Position numbers and translations under genes: made by a program. Shown one piece after another: positions 7,710-17,052 of a DNA stretch of 44,996 nucleotides. This DNA is from a virus (Duplodnaviria; Caudoviricetes): positions 1 to 44,996 of IMG/VR virus record IMGVR_UViG_3300036713_000269; one strand, given 5' to 3'. The notes beneath the pieces were generated by a model, which saw only the letters and a list, made by a program, of their open reading frames with translations, was not told the origin of the DNA and searched no databases. The number at the start of each line of letters is the position of its first letter. The stretch's first letter is position 1.

Positions 7710-9257
7710 ATGGCCAACTTCAGGGTCTGGTGCGAGCGAGACTTCTGGTTCTTCGTTCGCCATTGCCTGAGCCTGGGGTCGCTCATCTGTGGCGACAAGC
7801 CCAACGACCACTACGGGAAGCCCTGGTTCAACCATCCCTGGCTCTTCATGAGGTGCCGAGAGATTCAGGAGAGCCCGTTCGGGCATCTCGACCTGAGCCC
7901 CAGGTACCATTTCAAGACCTCGCTCCTCACGCAGAGCTTCACCATCTGGCAGCTGATTCATGACCCTGAGCTGAGGATTGCGATAATCCATCACAAGCTC
8001 GACGCCACCGGTGAGCGGATGCTGCGTCAGATCTCCCTGGAGCTGGAGCGGAACGAGCTTCTGAAGAGGCACTGGCCGGAGATCTTCTGGGAGAATCCGG
8101 AGAAGGAGGCTGACACATGGACGCGCCAAGCGATCACCGTCAAGAGACAGGGCAATCCGATGGAGCCGTCGGTCTGTGTTTTCGGGCTCACCGCTGGCCA
8201 AGCTGTTTCTTCACACTTCGACCGGATGATCTACGACGACATCGTGGTCAGGGACTCGGTTACCAACGAGAACCAGATCGCCAAGTCGAACCGGGCACTG
8301 CAGGAGTCAAGCGCCCTTGGAGCTGACGACACCAAGAAGATCATGGTCGGCACCAGGTGGGCGGTCACCGACACCTGGGACTTCGTTCAGCGCCAGGGCG
8401 TGGTGAAGACGCGCCGGCACGACGTATACCAGGAGGATGGGCGGACGCCCGTTCTCTTCTCCAAGAAGTGGGTCGACACCAAGAAGGCCGAGATGGGCAC
8501 CTACTCCTTCAGCGCCCAGATGCGTAACGAGCCGGTCGCCGACGGTGACCAGGTGTTCGACCTGCGCTGGCTAGAATGGTACGACGAGGACCCCAAGGAG
8601 ATCGCGTCGGGCTGCAACGTCTACATCATGATCGACGCAGCGGTCAAGAAGCACGCGGCTGACAACAAGGACTCTGACTTCACCGCCATCGCCGTAGTGG
8701 GCCTGATGCAGGGGAACCCCTACGGGAAGTTCTACCTCCTCGACCTGTACAGGGACAAGATCGACCTCGGCACCCTGACTGACCTCACTTTCGATCTCGT
8801 CGAGGAGTGGAACCCGCAGCGCGTGATCATGGAGGCCGTCGGGGCTGCTCGTGACCACGAGCACATGAAGCTTGAGATGAGGGCGCGGAAGTTCGATTTT
8901 TCCATCGCGATCTTCGATGAGAAGACTCGGAAGGAGATCAGGATCGAGAGGATGCAGCCCAAAATGCAGAACAAGCAGTGGGTGTTCCCGAGGAAGGCCA
9001 TGTACCGCAAGTCCCTGGGGCGGACGGTCGACATGATGATCGAGCTGGTCGACTCGGAGCTGAAGCACTGGAACCCGGCCGGCACCGGGGCGAGGCATGA
9101 CGACATGCTGGACGCCATGAGCTGGGTGCATTCTCCGAAGATGTCTGGGCTCGTCTGCTTCCCGCGCAAGCAGGTGACTGATGAGACCTTGCGGGAGTTC
9201 AGACCCCGGAACCTACACAAGAGCAAGGGGAGCAAGGACATCGCATGGGCCGTGTAA
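7710..9257 (+). CDS. terL: Terminase large subunit (start may be CTG at 7647)
   Basis: Walker A-like PRYHFKT, Walker B IYDD, coupling motif VGTRW, nuclease MIDAA..SDFTA..HDDMLDA. Confidence 0.93.
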   Translation: MANFRVWCERDFWFFVRHCLSLGSLICGDKPNDHYGKPWFNHPWLFMRCREIQESPFGHLDLSPRYHFKTSLLTQSFTIWQLIHDPELRIAIIHHKLDATGERMLRQISLELERNELLKRHWPEIFWENPEKEADTWTRQAITVKRQGNPMEPSVCVFGLTAGQAVSSHFDRMIYDDIVVRDSVTNENQIAKSNRALQESSALGADDTKKIMVGTRWAVTDTWDFVQRQGVVKTRRHDVYQEDGRTPVLFSKKWVDTKKAEMGTYSFSAQMRNEPVADGDQVFDLRWLEWYDEDPKEIASGCNVYIMIDAAVKKHAADNKDSDFTAIAVVGLMQGNPYGKFYLLDLYRDKIDLGTLTDLTFDLVEEWNPQRVIMEAVGAARDHEHMKLEMRARKFDFSIAIFDEKTRKEIRIERMQPKMQNKQWVFPRKAMYRKSLGRTVDMMIELVDSELKHWNPAGTGARHDDMLDAMSWVHSPKMSGLVCFPRKQVTDETLREFRPRNLHKSKGSKDIAWAV

Positions 9258-11299
9258 TCAAGATTGGCAACGAGTCTGAAGACTCCTTCAGCGGTCGGAA
9301 GAATGGGTTCGCCGAAAAGTTCTGGACCCGCTTGCGCGATTCCAAGAACTTCTTTGGCGAGGTCGCCGACGAGTGGGACCTGTACTGCCGCACCTACGCT
9401 GGCGACCCGTGGCCGAAGGCGGCTCGGGACAGGATGAAGCGGACTGAGCGTCCGATTTCTGACTTCAACTACGTACTCACGATCGTCAACTCCCTGCTCG
9501 GCTCGCAGATGCAGGAGCGTCGAGAGATTCAGTTTCAGGGGATCAGCAAGAGTCAGCACGACCAGCAGGTCGCCGAGTGGATGACGAACCTCGTCCGGAT
9601 GTACTACGCCAGGGCGGATGGTCACCGGAACGAGTCGTCATCCTGGCTGGACACGCTGACCTGCGGCTACGGTTGGAGCCTCACCTACGTGGACTCCTCC
9701 AGGTTCCCATTCAGGGTGAGCGATGAGCACATCCCGCTCTGGGAGATGTTCCCCGACCCGGACGCTGACGACGACGGGCTGTCGGATGCTCGCTTTGTGA
9801 TCCGGAAGAAGGATTGGGAAAAGGAGGAAGCGAAGATCCGCTGGCCGAAGGTGTCCACGGAGATCAGCGACCTGAGGGGCACCCTGGGCCGAGGTGGACT
9901 GACTCCGAAGCCTCACAACAAGCATGTCCCGATCTCCGGACCCAATCGCAAGGACGGCGTCATCCCGATCTACGAGTACATCTTCAAGAAGCGCGAGCCG
10001 TGGCTGGCCTACGTGGACCCGATGAGCGGCAACCGCGTAGAGCTTCCAGAGAAGGACTTTGAGAAGGAGATGGCGGAGCTTCAGGCCAACCCTCAGGTCG
10101 CCGGCCAGGTGCAGCCGATCGCGTTCACCCGGGACGTCTGCTACCAGGCCTACGTGGGTGGCGACGAAGAGAAGGGGGAGGTGCTCCAGCGTCCGAAGAT
10201 GCTCAGGTGCGACGACTTCCCTTACAAGTGCGTCACCGGGCTGCGCGAGCGTGACTACAAGAACCACCGGACGCGGTTCTTCGGGATCGTCAAGCAGCTG
10301 CACCCAGCGCAGCTCACCATCTCCAAGGTCTCGACGGCGATGATCGAGCAGGTCAGCCGGCAGAGCAAGGGCAACTGGCTGTACGAGCCGGGGGCCATTC
10401 TCGACCCGAAGAACTTCAAGGACAACATCGCCACGCCTGGGATGCCCATCGCCGTGGCCGACGGGGCCATCGCTCAGAAGCGCATCGAGGAGACCAAGTC
10501 CTCGCCGGTCAACCCGGCAATGGCCGAGATGTGGCGGCTGGCTGAGGCCTCCCTGCCGGCGATGACCGGCATCTCCGAGTACAGCATCGGCACCGCCACG
10601 AGCGAGCGGTCGAACGTCCTGATCAGCAACCTTCAGGGTCAGACGATGACCACCCTGCAGCCGCTCGTGGACTCCCTGCATAGCTACCGGATCGCGAAGG
10701 GCCGGGTACTGGCGAAGTTCCTCCAGCTGTACACGGCGCCGCAGGATATCGAGCGGTACCTTGAGGCCGAGCCGGTGGAGGGCCTGACCCATCAGAAGCA
10801 GGTGAACCCGCAGACTGGGATGGAGGAACTCGTTCCGATAGTCGACGAGCAGACCGGAGAGCCCGTGACTCCGATCAGCCTGATTTACGACCAGGACATC
10901 ATGGAGTACGACGTCGTGGTCGACACCGGAGTTGCCACCGTCACCGAGAAGCAGCAGCTCTGGCAGGTCCTCGGGAACACCAACCTCTTCGTCGAGATGA
11001 TGGAGAAGTTCCCGGCGCTGGCCTCGATTGCTGACTCGTTCGTTCGTTCGCTGCCTGGTCTGCCGGCAGCCGACGCGGAGCGAGGGGCGAAGGAACTCAA
11101 GGAGGAGTACGAGTTCGGGAAGTCGATGGGGCAGGTCAACACGATGATGCAGTCATTCGTCGAGAGGCTTGACCCGCAAAGTCAGCAGCAGTTGTTCCAG
11201 CAGATGTCCCAGTTCGTTCAACAGCAACAGATGGAGCAGCAACAACAGCAGGGTGGACCTCCGCAGGGTCCGCCTCAGCAGGGGGGAGCACCGCAATGA
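9245..11299 (+). CDS. Portal protein (P22-like)
   Basis: Follows TerL; 684 aa; PDPDA..LSDARF motif, Q-rich tail. Confidence 0.88.
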   Translation: MGRVIKIGNESEDSFSGRKNGFAEKFWTRLRDSKNFFGEVADEWDLYCRTYAGDPWPKAARDRMKRTERPISDFNYVLTIVNSLLGSQMQERREIQFQGISKSQHDQQVAEWMTNLVRMYYARADGHRNESSSWLDTLTCGYGWSLTYVDSSRFPFRVSDEHIPLWEMFPDPDADDDGLSDARFVIRKKDWEKEEAKIRWPKVSTEISDLRGTLGRGGLTPKPHNKHVPISGPNRKDGVIPIYEYIFKKREPWLAYVDPMSGNRVELPEKDFEKEMAELQANPQVAGQVQPIAFTRDVCYQAYVGGDEEKGEVLQRPKMLRCDDFPYKCVTGLRERDYKNHRTRFFGIVKQLHPAQLTISKVSTAMIEQVSRQSKGNWLYEPGAILDPKNFKDNIATPGMPIAVADGAIAQKRIEETKSSPVNPAMAEMWRLAEASLPAMTGISEYSIGTATSERSNVLISNLQGQTMTTLQPLVDSLHSYRIAKGRVLAKFLQLYTAPQDIERYLEAEPVEGLTHQKQVNPQTGMEELVPIVDEQTGEPVTPISLIYDQDIMEYDVVVDTGVATVTEKQQLWQVLGNTNLFVEMMEKFPALASIADSFVRSLPGLPAADAERGAKELKEEYEFGKSMGQVNTMMQSFVERLDPQSQQQLFQQMSQFVQQQQMEQQQQQGGPPQGPPQQGGAPQ

Positions 11300-12345
11300 G
11301 TGACGCAATCGAGAGTGCCGGCGCAGAAGTCGGTCAGGATCTGGCCGAAGGCCTCCACGAGATGGCCGAGACGCGAGGGTGGAATGATTTCATGCGAGAA
11401 AAGATTCCGGACTCCTCCGGGGAAGAGTCTGAGTCGGCAAAACCTGACTCGGAACCGGAGGAGCCGGAACTCGAAGCCGCCGAGCCGGAGGTCACTTCTG
11501 AGGAGACGTACACCGAGCAGCCGCCGCCGACCCACACCTTCTTCAAGGAGAGGGCTACCGCAAGAGATGCTCTACAGGCAGAGATCGACGGACTGAAGCA
11601 GCAGCTGCAGCAGCTGCAGCAGCCTCAGCAGCAGCCTCAGCAGCCTCAGCAGCCTCAAGAGCCCCAGCCTCGACCGGACTTCGATGAGGACCCGAGGGCA
11701 TACCTGGACCATCGGTTCGATTCTCAGCGGCAGGAGCTGAACCTCATCAAGCAGGCTCTCGTCACCGAGTACCAGAATCAGCAGCGCCGGCAGCAGCAGT
11801 GGGCTTACGAGCAGCAGCAGATTCAGGTATATCAAGCCCTGGAGGCGCGAGCCGCAGACGTGACGGCCGACTACGCCGATGCGAACCCCGGCTACAAGGA
11901 CCGGTACAAGGCCGTGCGCAGGGCCATCGAGGCTGAGGTAGTGGCCAACCACCCGCCTGAGGCTCGGCTCAGGGAAATCTCCAAGATCGAGAGAGGGATC
12001 ATCGAGCAGGCTGCCCGGGAGAACATCAGCCCAGGGGCGCTCGTCGACAGAAAGTACCACGCGATGCGGGCTGGCCTCGGGGCCGAGTCCCAGCCGCCTC
12101 CGCCTCCGCCGCCGCGTCCGCCGGCAGACGCCAGAATCGACGCTGCCATGCGGGCAGTCGAGGATGGGGCGACGGCGCCCCTCAGCTCAGGCGGGACCTC
12201 CGGAACGGGCCTGCCTTCCCCTCAGGCGTGGGCTGATGGTAGAGTAACGACGGCAGAGATGAACAGGTATGTTCGAGACCATGGAATCGAGAAAGTGCGA
12301 GACTTGATGTCCAAGGCGAGAATTCTATCCCTCGGTGAGGGATAA
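11296..12345 (+). CDS. Capsid scaffolding protein
   Basis: Between portal and capsid; acidic N-terminus, coiled coil, QQPQ and poly-Pro tracts. Confidence 0.75.
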   Translation: MSDAIESAGAEVGQDLAEGLHEMAETRGWNDFMREKIPDSSGEESESAKPDSEPEEPELEAAEPEVTSEETYTEQPPPTHTFFKERATARDALQAEIDGLKQQLQQLQQPQQQPQQPQQPQEPQPRPDFDEDPRAYLDHRFDSQRQELNLIKQALVTEYQNQQRRQQQWAYEQQQIQVYQALEARAADVTADYADANPGYKDRYKAVRRAIEAEVVANHPPEARLREISKIERGIIEQAARENISPGALVDRKYHAMRAGLGAESQPPPPPPPRPPADARIDAAMRAVEDGATAPLSSGGTSGTGLPSPQAWADGRVTTAEMNRYVRDHGIEKVRDLMSKARILSLGEG

Positions 12346-12544
12346 GGGGTGCCCACTCCCTTCAACAGTGGAGGTCTCCCTGAGACTTTTCCGGTCGCGA
12401 GGCCGAGGGTTGCCGCACCTTAAAGCGAGGCTCTGATCCAGCGACGAGCTTAAGGCTGAGGGTTCCGCTAGACCTTAACTACGGGTAGAGCGCCGGCTTG
12501 TGTAAGGCCGGGCTTCAGAGGAGAACAATCTGGAGTGAATACAA
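12346..12544 (+). ncRNA. Putative structured 5' leader of the major capsid gene
   Basis: ~200-bp intergenic gap with several hairpins and a twice-repeated GAGGGTT..CGC..ACCTTAA unit. Confidence 0.45.
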
Positions 12545-13672
12545 ATGTCTACCCGGATCACCACGGGATCAGGCGAAGCTCGCGGGCCCATTTGGTCTTC
12601 GAGTTTGTGTCTGGAGGCTCAGAACCAGCAGTTCATGCTGAACTTTGTCGGGAAGGGCTCTTCGGCGTGCTTCGTCGAGGAGGACTTCGAGCAGGGCAAG
12701 GGTGACACCGTCAACAAGCGTTTCCGCGCCTCGAACTACACGAGACGCGGTCATGGCGCTACCGACCCCATCGTCGGTTACGGCGGGTCCAACTCCTATC
12801 AGCATGACACCTTCAAGATCGACTACCTCGCGGAATCCCACGAGCTGGACGATCCCGTCAGCCAGCAGCGGATCGACGTCGACCTGTATCAGGACACCCT
12901 GACTGCTCTCTCAGAGTGGTGGGGCCACCGGTACGATGAGGCGATCATCAATCAGCTCGCCGGCTACGGGCCGTGTCATCTGAACGGAGTCACCTCCACC
13001 AGCGTCGACTACAAGCTCTGCGGGTCCAACGCCTGCATCCTCATCGACGACAACCACCACGTCTGGGCGAACGGGGACACCACCACCCACTCGACCGACG
13101 CGAGCGTCGCGGGCGACGATGCCGCGACCATGAATGTCGACGCCATCAACAAGTGCGTCCTCTACGCGATCTCCTCCGACGTCGGAGGCTCCTATCGCAT
13201 CTCTCCGGGACCTGACGGGTTCTACAACCTGGTCATGCACCCTCAGCAGTGGGACGACCTCAGGACCGACCTCGGCCAGCACTCGGTCGCTGACATCCAG
13301 CGAGCGAAGCTGGAGGGCGACGGCAAGCTCAAGAACTCCGCATGGGAGAAGGGCTACCTCGGAGACTGGAACAACGTCCATCTCCACGTCCACGACCAGA
13401 TCCCTCTGGGCGTCGACGCGACCACCATCACCACCAGCGTGGCGAATTGTCGAAGAGCCATTTTCTTCGGGGCGCAGGCTGCGTGGATCGGCTGGGGCGC
13501 TGGCTACGGCGGTGACGACCACCTGGAGTGGAGCGTCATCAACAACGACCACCACCGACAGTCGATCAACGCCCAGACCATCTGGGGCGTGAAGCGATCG
13601 CAGTTCGACAACAGCGACGGTACGACCGAAGCGTACGGGTCTCTCGTACTCTCGACGTACTCGGCCGTATAG
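12545..13672 (+). CDS. Major capsid protein (N4-gp56-like, HK97 fold)
   Basis: GKGDTV, SQQR..DL..L.EWW..YD spine helix, MHPQQWDDLR, G.WNNV.LH and RAIFFGAQA motifs; position. Confidence 0.9.
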   Translation: MSTRITTGSGEARGPIWSSSLCLEAQNQQFMLNFVGKGSSACFVEEDFEQGKGDTVNKRFRASNYTRRGHGATDPIVGYGGSNSYQHDTFKIDYLAESHELDDPVSQQRIDVDLYQDTLTALSEWWGHRYDEAIINQLAGYGPCHLNGVTSTSVDYKLCGSNACILIDDNHHVWANGDTTTHSTDASVAGDDAATMNVDAINKCVLYAISSDVGGSYRISPGPDGFYNLVMHPQQWDDLRTDLGQHSVADIQRAKLEGDGKLKNSAWEKGYLGDWNNVHLHVHDQIPLGVDATTITTSVANCRRAIFFGAQAAWIGWGAGYGGDDHLEWSVINNDHHRQSINAQTIWGVKRSQFDNSDGTTEAYGSLVLSTYSAV

Positions 13673-13681
13673 GAGGACGCT

Positions 13682-14158
13682 ATGGCGACTACTTCCACCA
13701 GCGTCCAGTGGGACAGCACTAACCGGCTGTACTCAGCCACCGGAGTCCGAGCGCCGATCGGCCCGACCTGGTACTTCATGACCGACAACCCGACGACCAC
13801 CGTCATGGACGGCACCATCGGGAGCATCGTGAAGCTCATCAAGGTCCCCGACGGGTGCAAGATCCTGAGCGTCTACTACGAGGTCGATGACATCGACTCT
13901 GGCGGGCCGACGGCGATCCTGGACATCAGCGTCATCGAGGACACCGTCGAGACGGTACTCCTGACTGGCACCACTCTGGGCCAGTCGGCCACCTCTGGCA
14001 CCCTCTATCCGTCCGGCCTCAGCTCTCCCGATGGGAAGGACGCCCTTCACGTCGTGAGTTCCGGGACCAACGGGTACGGTGAGCTGTGCTTCACCTTCCA
14101 GGCGGCGGCCACCACCATCGCCCAGGGCGAGTACAGCATGGGCGTCTGGTACTGGTGA
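13682..14158 (+). CDS. Putative capsid-associated beta-sandwich protein
   Basis: Directly after capsid; Thr/Ser/Gly-rich. Confidence 0.55.
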   Translation: MATTSTSVQWDSTNRLYSATGVRAPIGPTWYFMTDNPTTTVMDGTIGSIVKLIKVPDGCKILSVYYEVDDIDSGGPTAILDISVIEDTVETVLLTGTTLGQSATSGTLYPSGLSSPDGKDALHVVSSGTNGYGELCFTFQAAATTIAQGEYSMGVWYW

Positions 14159-14162
14159 TCCG

Positions 14163-14813
14163 ATGTCCGACTTTCAGACTCTGCGAGATGCCCTCACTGA
14201 GGAAGTCCACGAGTACAATGACGACACGATCGTAAGTCGTGCCGTCATCACCGCTCTGAAGTCTCACCGCAGCAAGGAGTTCCCGTGGAGTTCTGAGTCG
14301 GCGACGTTTTCGACCGCCTCGGGGGTAGACAGCTACCCCCGAGGCGCTTTCGTCGATGCGTCGGCAATGAGAATCAGTCACGTCCGCGTCGACAACGCAT
14401 CCCTCTACTCTGAGCTGACGATGGTCTCTCAGAGCCAGATGCACCGGATGCAGCATCAGACCTCCTCCACGCCGACGGGCACGCCGACGCACTGGGCGTG
14501 GATCGACGAGGCAATGGTGCTCTACCCGACCCCGTCGTCGGCGACCACGATCGCCTACGACTACCTGAAGGACCCCATGCGGGACTCGTCCGGCAAGGAG
14601 TTCACGACCTCTTCAACGACCGAGACCAACGAGATGTTCACCCGCGGCGAGGTCCTGCTGCGGGCTGCTGCGGGCTACCACTACTGCCTGACCAGAACCC
14701 AGGACGATGCGTCGGCCCAGAGGTTCAGGGTCATCTACGAGGAGGCCTGGCGCGACCTGGTGGCAGAGCGGGACATGATGCAGATGAAGTCGCAGGTGGA
14801 GGGATACTTCTAG
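14163..14813 (+). CDS. Head-tail adaptor (tail tubular protein A-like)
   Basis: GTPTHW..LYPTP motif; position. Confidence 0.7.
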   Translation: MSDFQTLRDALTEEVHEYNDDTIVSRAVITALKSHRSKEFPWSSESATFSTASGVDSYPRGAFVDASAMRISHVRVDNASLYSELTMVSQSQMHRMQHQTSSTPTGTPTHWAWIDEAMVLYPTPSSATTIAYDYLKDPMRDSSGKEFTTSSTTETNEMFTRGEVLLRAAAGYHYCLTRTQDDASAQRFRVIYEEAWRDLVAERDMMQMKSQVEGYF

Positions 14814-16525
14814 TGGCTGACGCGAAGACGAGGGTCATTCCGTTCGGGGAGTTCCTCCCCGACATGGGGGAGCTGAACAACGGGGGGTTGACGTACTGTC
14901 AGCAGGTATGGCCATATGGCATGAAGTACATCCCGACGTGGCCCGTACAGAACTTGAGCGGCAGCCTTACAACCGGCAGTATACAGGGCGGAATTGCGGC
15001 TGCGGTCGGCAGTTTTCAGTATCAGATTTATGTTGCCGCTGGAGCGGGAAAAAGATTGTACGAGGTAGCTTCGGCGGGGGCGTCTCCTCCGTGGACTGCC
15101 ACTGATAGGAGCCCAGGCAACTATACTCCTGGCGACTGGGGCTGGGGGTTCGCTCAGTTTGGGAACTACATATTGGCCTGTGACGGGTGGACCGATGAGG
15201 TGCAGTATAAAACCTACGGGACTGCTGACAACTTCGCCTCTGCCACCACTGGTGGTGACTACCCATACCGGGCGAAGTGCATCGGAGTGCTAGGGCAGTT
15301 CGTGGTCATCGGCAACACTAAGCACTCTGGCACGCTGGGTGACGGGGCGGACGAGAACCCCTACCGTGTGGCATGGTGCGGGCGCGACGACATCCTGGAC
15401 TGGTCTGACCCTACTACTCAGGTGGCCGCCAGTGCGACCCCGACTGGTACCGACTACCAGGACCTCTACGATGATTTGGGCGAGGTGTCTGGGATTGCGG
15501 GGTCGCATGACTACGCCCTGATCTTCAAGCATCGCGGCATCTACCGGATGCAGATGGGCGGTCCCTTCGGGGCATCGTTCAGGCTGGTGTCGTCGAACAT
15601 CGGTTGCTCCTGGCCGCACAGTATCAAGGTCGTGGGGACTGACGTGTACTGGTGGGGGCCGAATGGGCCGTGCGTATACAGAGGGTTGAGCGGGGAGATT
15701 GTCGAACTGGGGTTGCATCGGATAACGAGGACTCTTCTTGACTCTATTGGATGGATAGACGCCGGGTTCGACTCTGATGCGTTTACTTGGTCCATAGACA
15801 CGACGTACTTGCTGAGTGCCGGGCACGACGCATGTACAGGGACGGTGGTGTGGGGAGTCCCGGTGGAGGATGGCGACTCGGCCATCTTCAACTACCTCCT
15901 CGTGGCGTACAGTTACGTTGATGATCGGTTCTCGATTGTCCGCATGGAAGACCACGCCAACCCCTCTGGTAACACTTCGACTACAGAGTATGTGTTCGAC
16001 AACCCGCCGGTGGACACTTCATTCGTCCCGGGAAGGGACCTGTTGTTTGCAGGAGTGTCAGGGGTGTCAGGGGATGAGCGAGTGTTCGGGTTCTCAGCAG
16101 AGCACGGGATCGTGGCCACTCCTGGCTCTGCGCCGTTCCTGCTCAGCGATCAGCTCAAGCTCCGCACCGGGTACATCGACCTGGTTCAGGCGCCCGACGG
16201 GCGCCCGACCGACCATCGCCCGAAGAGAATCCGCGTCGTCTACAACATCGCCGCCGACGCCAGTGCGACTCAGGTCCCGCAGTGGAACGTCACGGTCAAG
16301 GGGCGCAACCACTGGGGCGACACGACTCACACCTACACGGCCAACTCGACCGACGACATGAATACGAACGATCGGGCCGGGTACGCCGGGTGGATCAGCC
16401 TCCCGGACACGGCCTTCCACCAGGTGTGGCAGTTCCAGTTCGAGCTGGAGCGGACGATGGGCACCAATACTGAAGTCTACGTCGCCGAGATCGAGGGCTT
16501 TGAAGTCATGTACGCGGTGCGCTGA
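14813..16525 (+). CDS. Tail nozzle / stabilisation protein (tubular B or gp10-like)
   Basis: GTG start coupled to stop; IPFGEFLPD N-terminus; beta-propeller-like sequence. Confidence 0.7.
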   Translation: MADAKTRVIPFGEFLPDMGELNNGGLTYCQQVWPYGMKYIPTWPVQNLSGSLTTGSIQGGIAAAVGSFQYQIYVAAGAGKRLYEVASAGASPPWTATDRSPGNYTPGDWGWGFAQFGNYILACDGWTDEVQYKTYGTADNFASATTGGDYPYRAKCIGVLGQFVVIGNTKHSGTLGDGADENPYRVAWCGRDDILDWSDPTTQVAASATPTGTDYQDLYDDLGEVSGIAGSHDYALIFKHRGIYRMQMGGPFGASFRLVSSNIGCSWPHSIKVVGTDVYWWGPNGPCVYRGLSGEIVELGLHRITRTLLDSIGWIDAGFDSDAFTWSIDTTYLLSAGHDACTGTVVWGVPVEDGDSAIFNYLLVAYSYVDDRFSIVRMEDHANPSGNTSTTEYVFDNPPVDTSFVPGRDLLFAGVSGVSGDERVFGFSAEHGIVATPGSAPFLLSDQLKLRTGYIDLVQAPDGRPTDHRPKRIRVVYNIAADASATQVPQWNVTVKGRNHWGDTTHTYTANSTDDMNTNDRAGYAGWISLPDTAFHQVWQFQFELERTMGTNTEVYVAEIEGFEVMYAVR

Positions 16526-17043
16526 TGAGCGACATAGGAGTCATCAAAGGCGGTCTGCTTCCGCTCCCTGACGGGGCGACTCAGCGGGAGATCATCGAGG
16601 CTCTCAACATGCTAGGTGAGGTGTCGCTGGCGGGGATGAGTAAGGAAGGCACCCTGGCCTCCGGCAAGATCTACAACAGTGGCACCGCCGCTGACGTGAC
16701 GGGGCTCTCGGTGGTGATGACGCCGCCTGTCCCGGTCAAGATTCGAGTCACTCTGGTTCTCAGGTTCCAGGCCACTTCGTTCACCGCCGCCGACAAGTTC
16801 ACGGTTCTGCTCAAGGAGAACGGCACTACGGTGGAGACCGTCAATCACGCGCCGGTGACTGCCGGCGAGCAGGTCACGCTCGTGGCGCAGTACTTGAGCG
16901 CGAACTGTCAGCCGGCGACATCGTATGCGTACACGGTAAATGGGCAGTGGTCTACGTGGACGGGGGGCACCGTAGGGACCGTCGTGGCTGCCGGCACCAC
17001 CATCCACGTCGCATCTGAGCCCGAGAATCAGTTGCTAGTCTAG
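16525..17043 (+). CDS. Putative tail/virion protein
   Basis: TGATG coupling; short helix plus beta-rich domain. Confidence 0.55.
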   Translation: MSDIGVIKGGLLPLPDGATQREIIEALNMLGEVSLAGMSKEGTLASGKIYNSGTAADVTGLSVVMTPPVPVKIRVTLVLRFQATSFTAADKFTVLLKENGTTVETVNHAPVTAGEQVTLVAQYLSANCQPATSYAYTVNGQWSTWTGGTVGTVVAAGTTIHVASEPENQLLV

Positions 17044-17052
17044 GAGAATACT

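Noticed and set aside
11598-11660. CAGCAGCCT microsatellite as a phase-variation tract
   Set aside because: In-frame QQP linker in the scaffold; triplet-based, so slippage would not frameshift.
13670-13684. Stop-codon read-through fusing capsid to the next protein (in-frame TAG GAG GAC GCT ATG)
   Set aside because: The same TAGGAG-N-ATG geometry occurs at 568, 17041 and 44419 and is explained by SD spacing.
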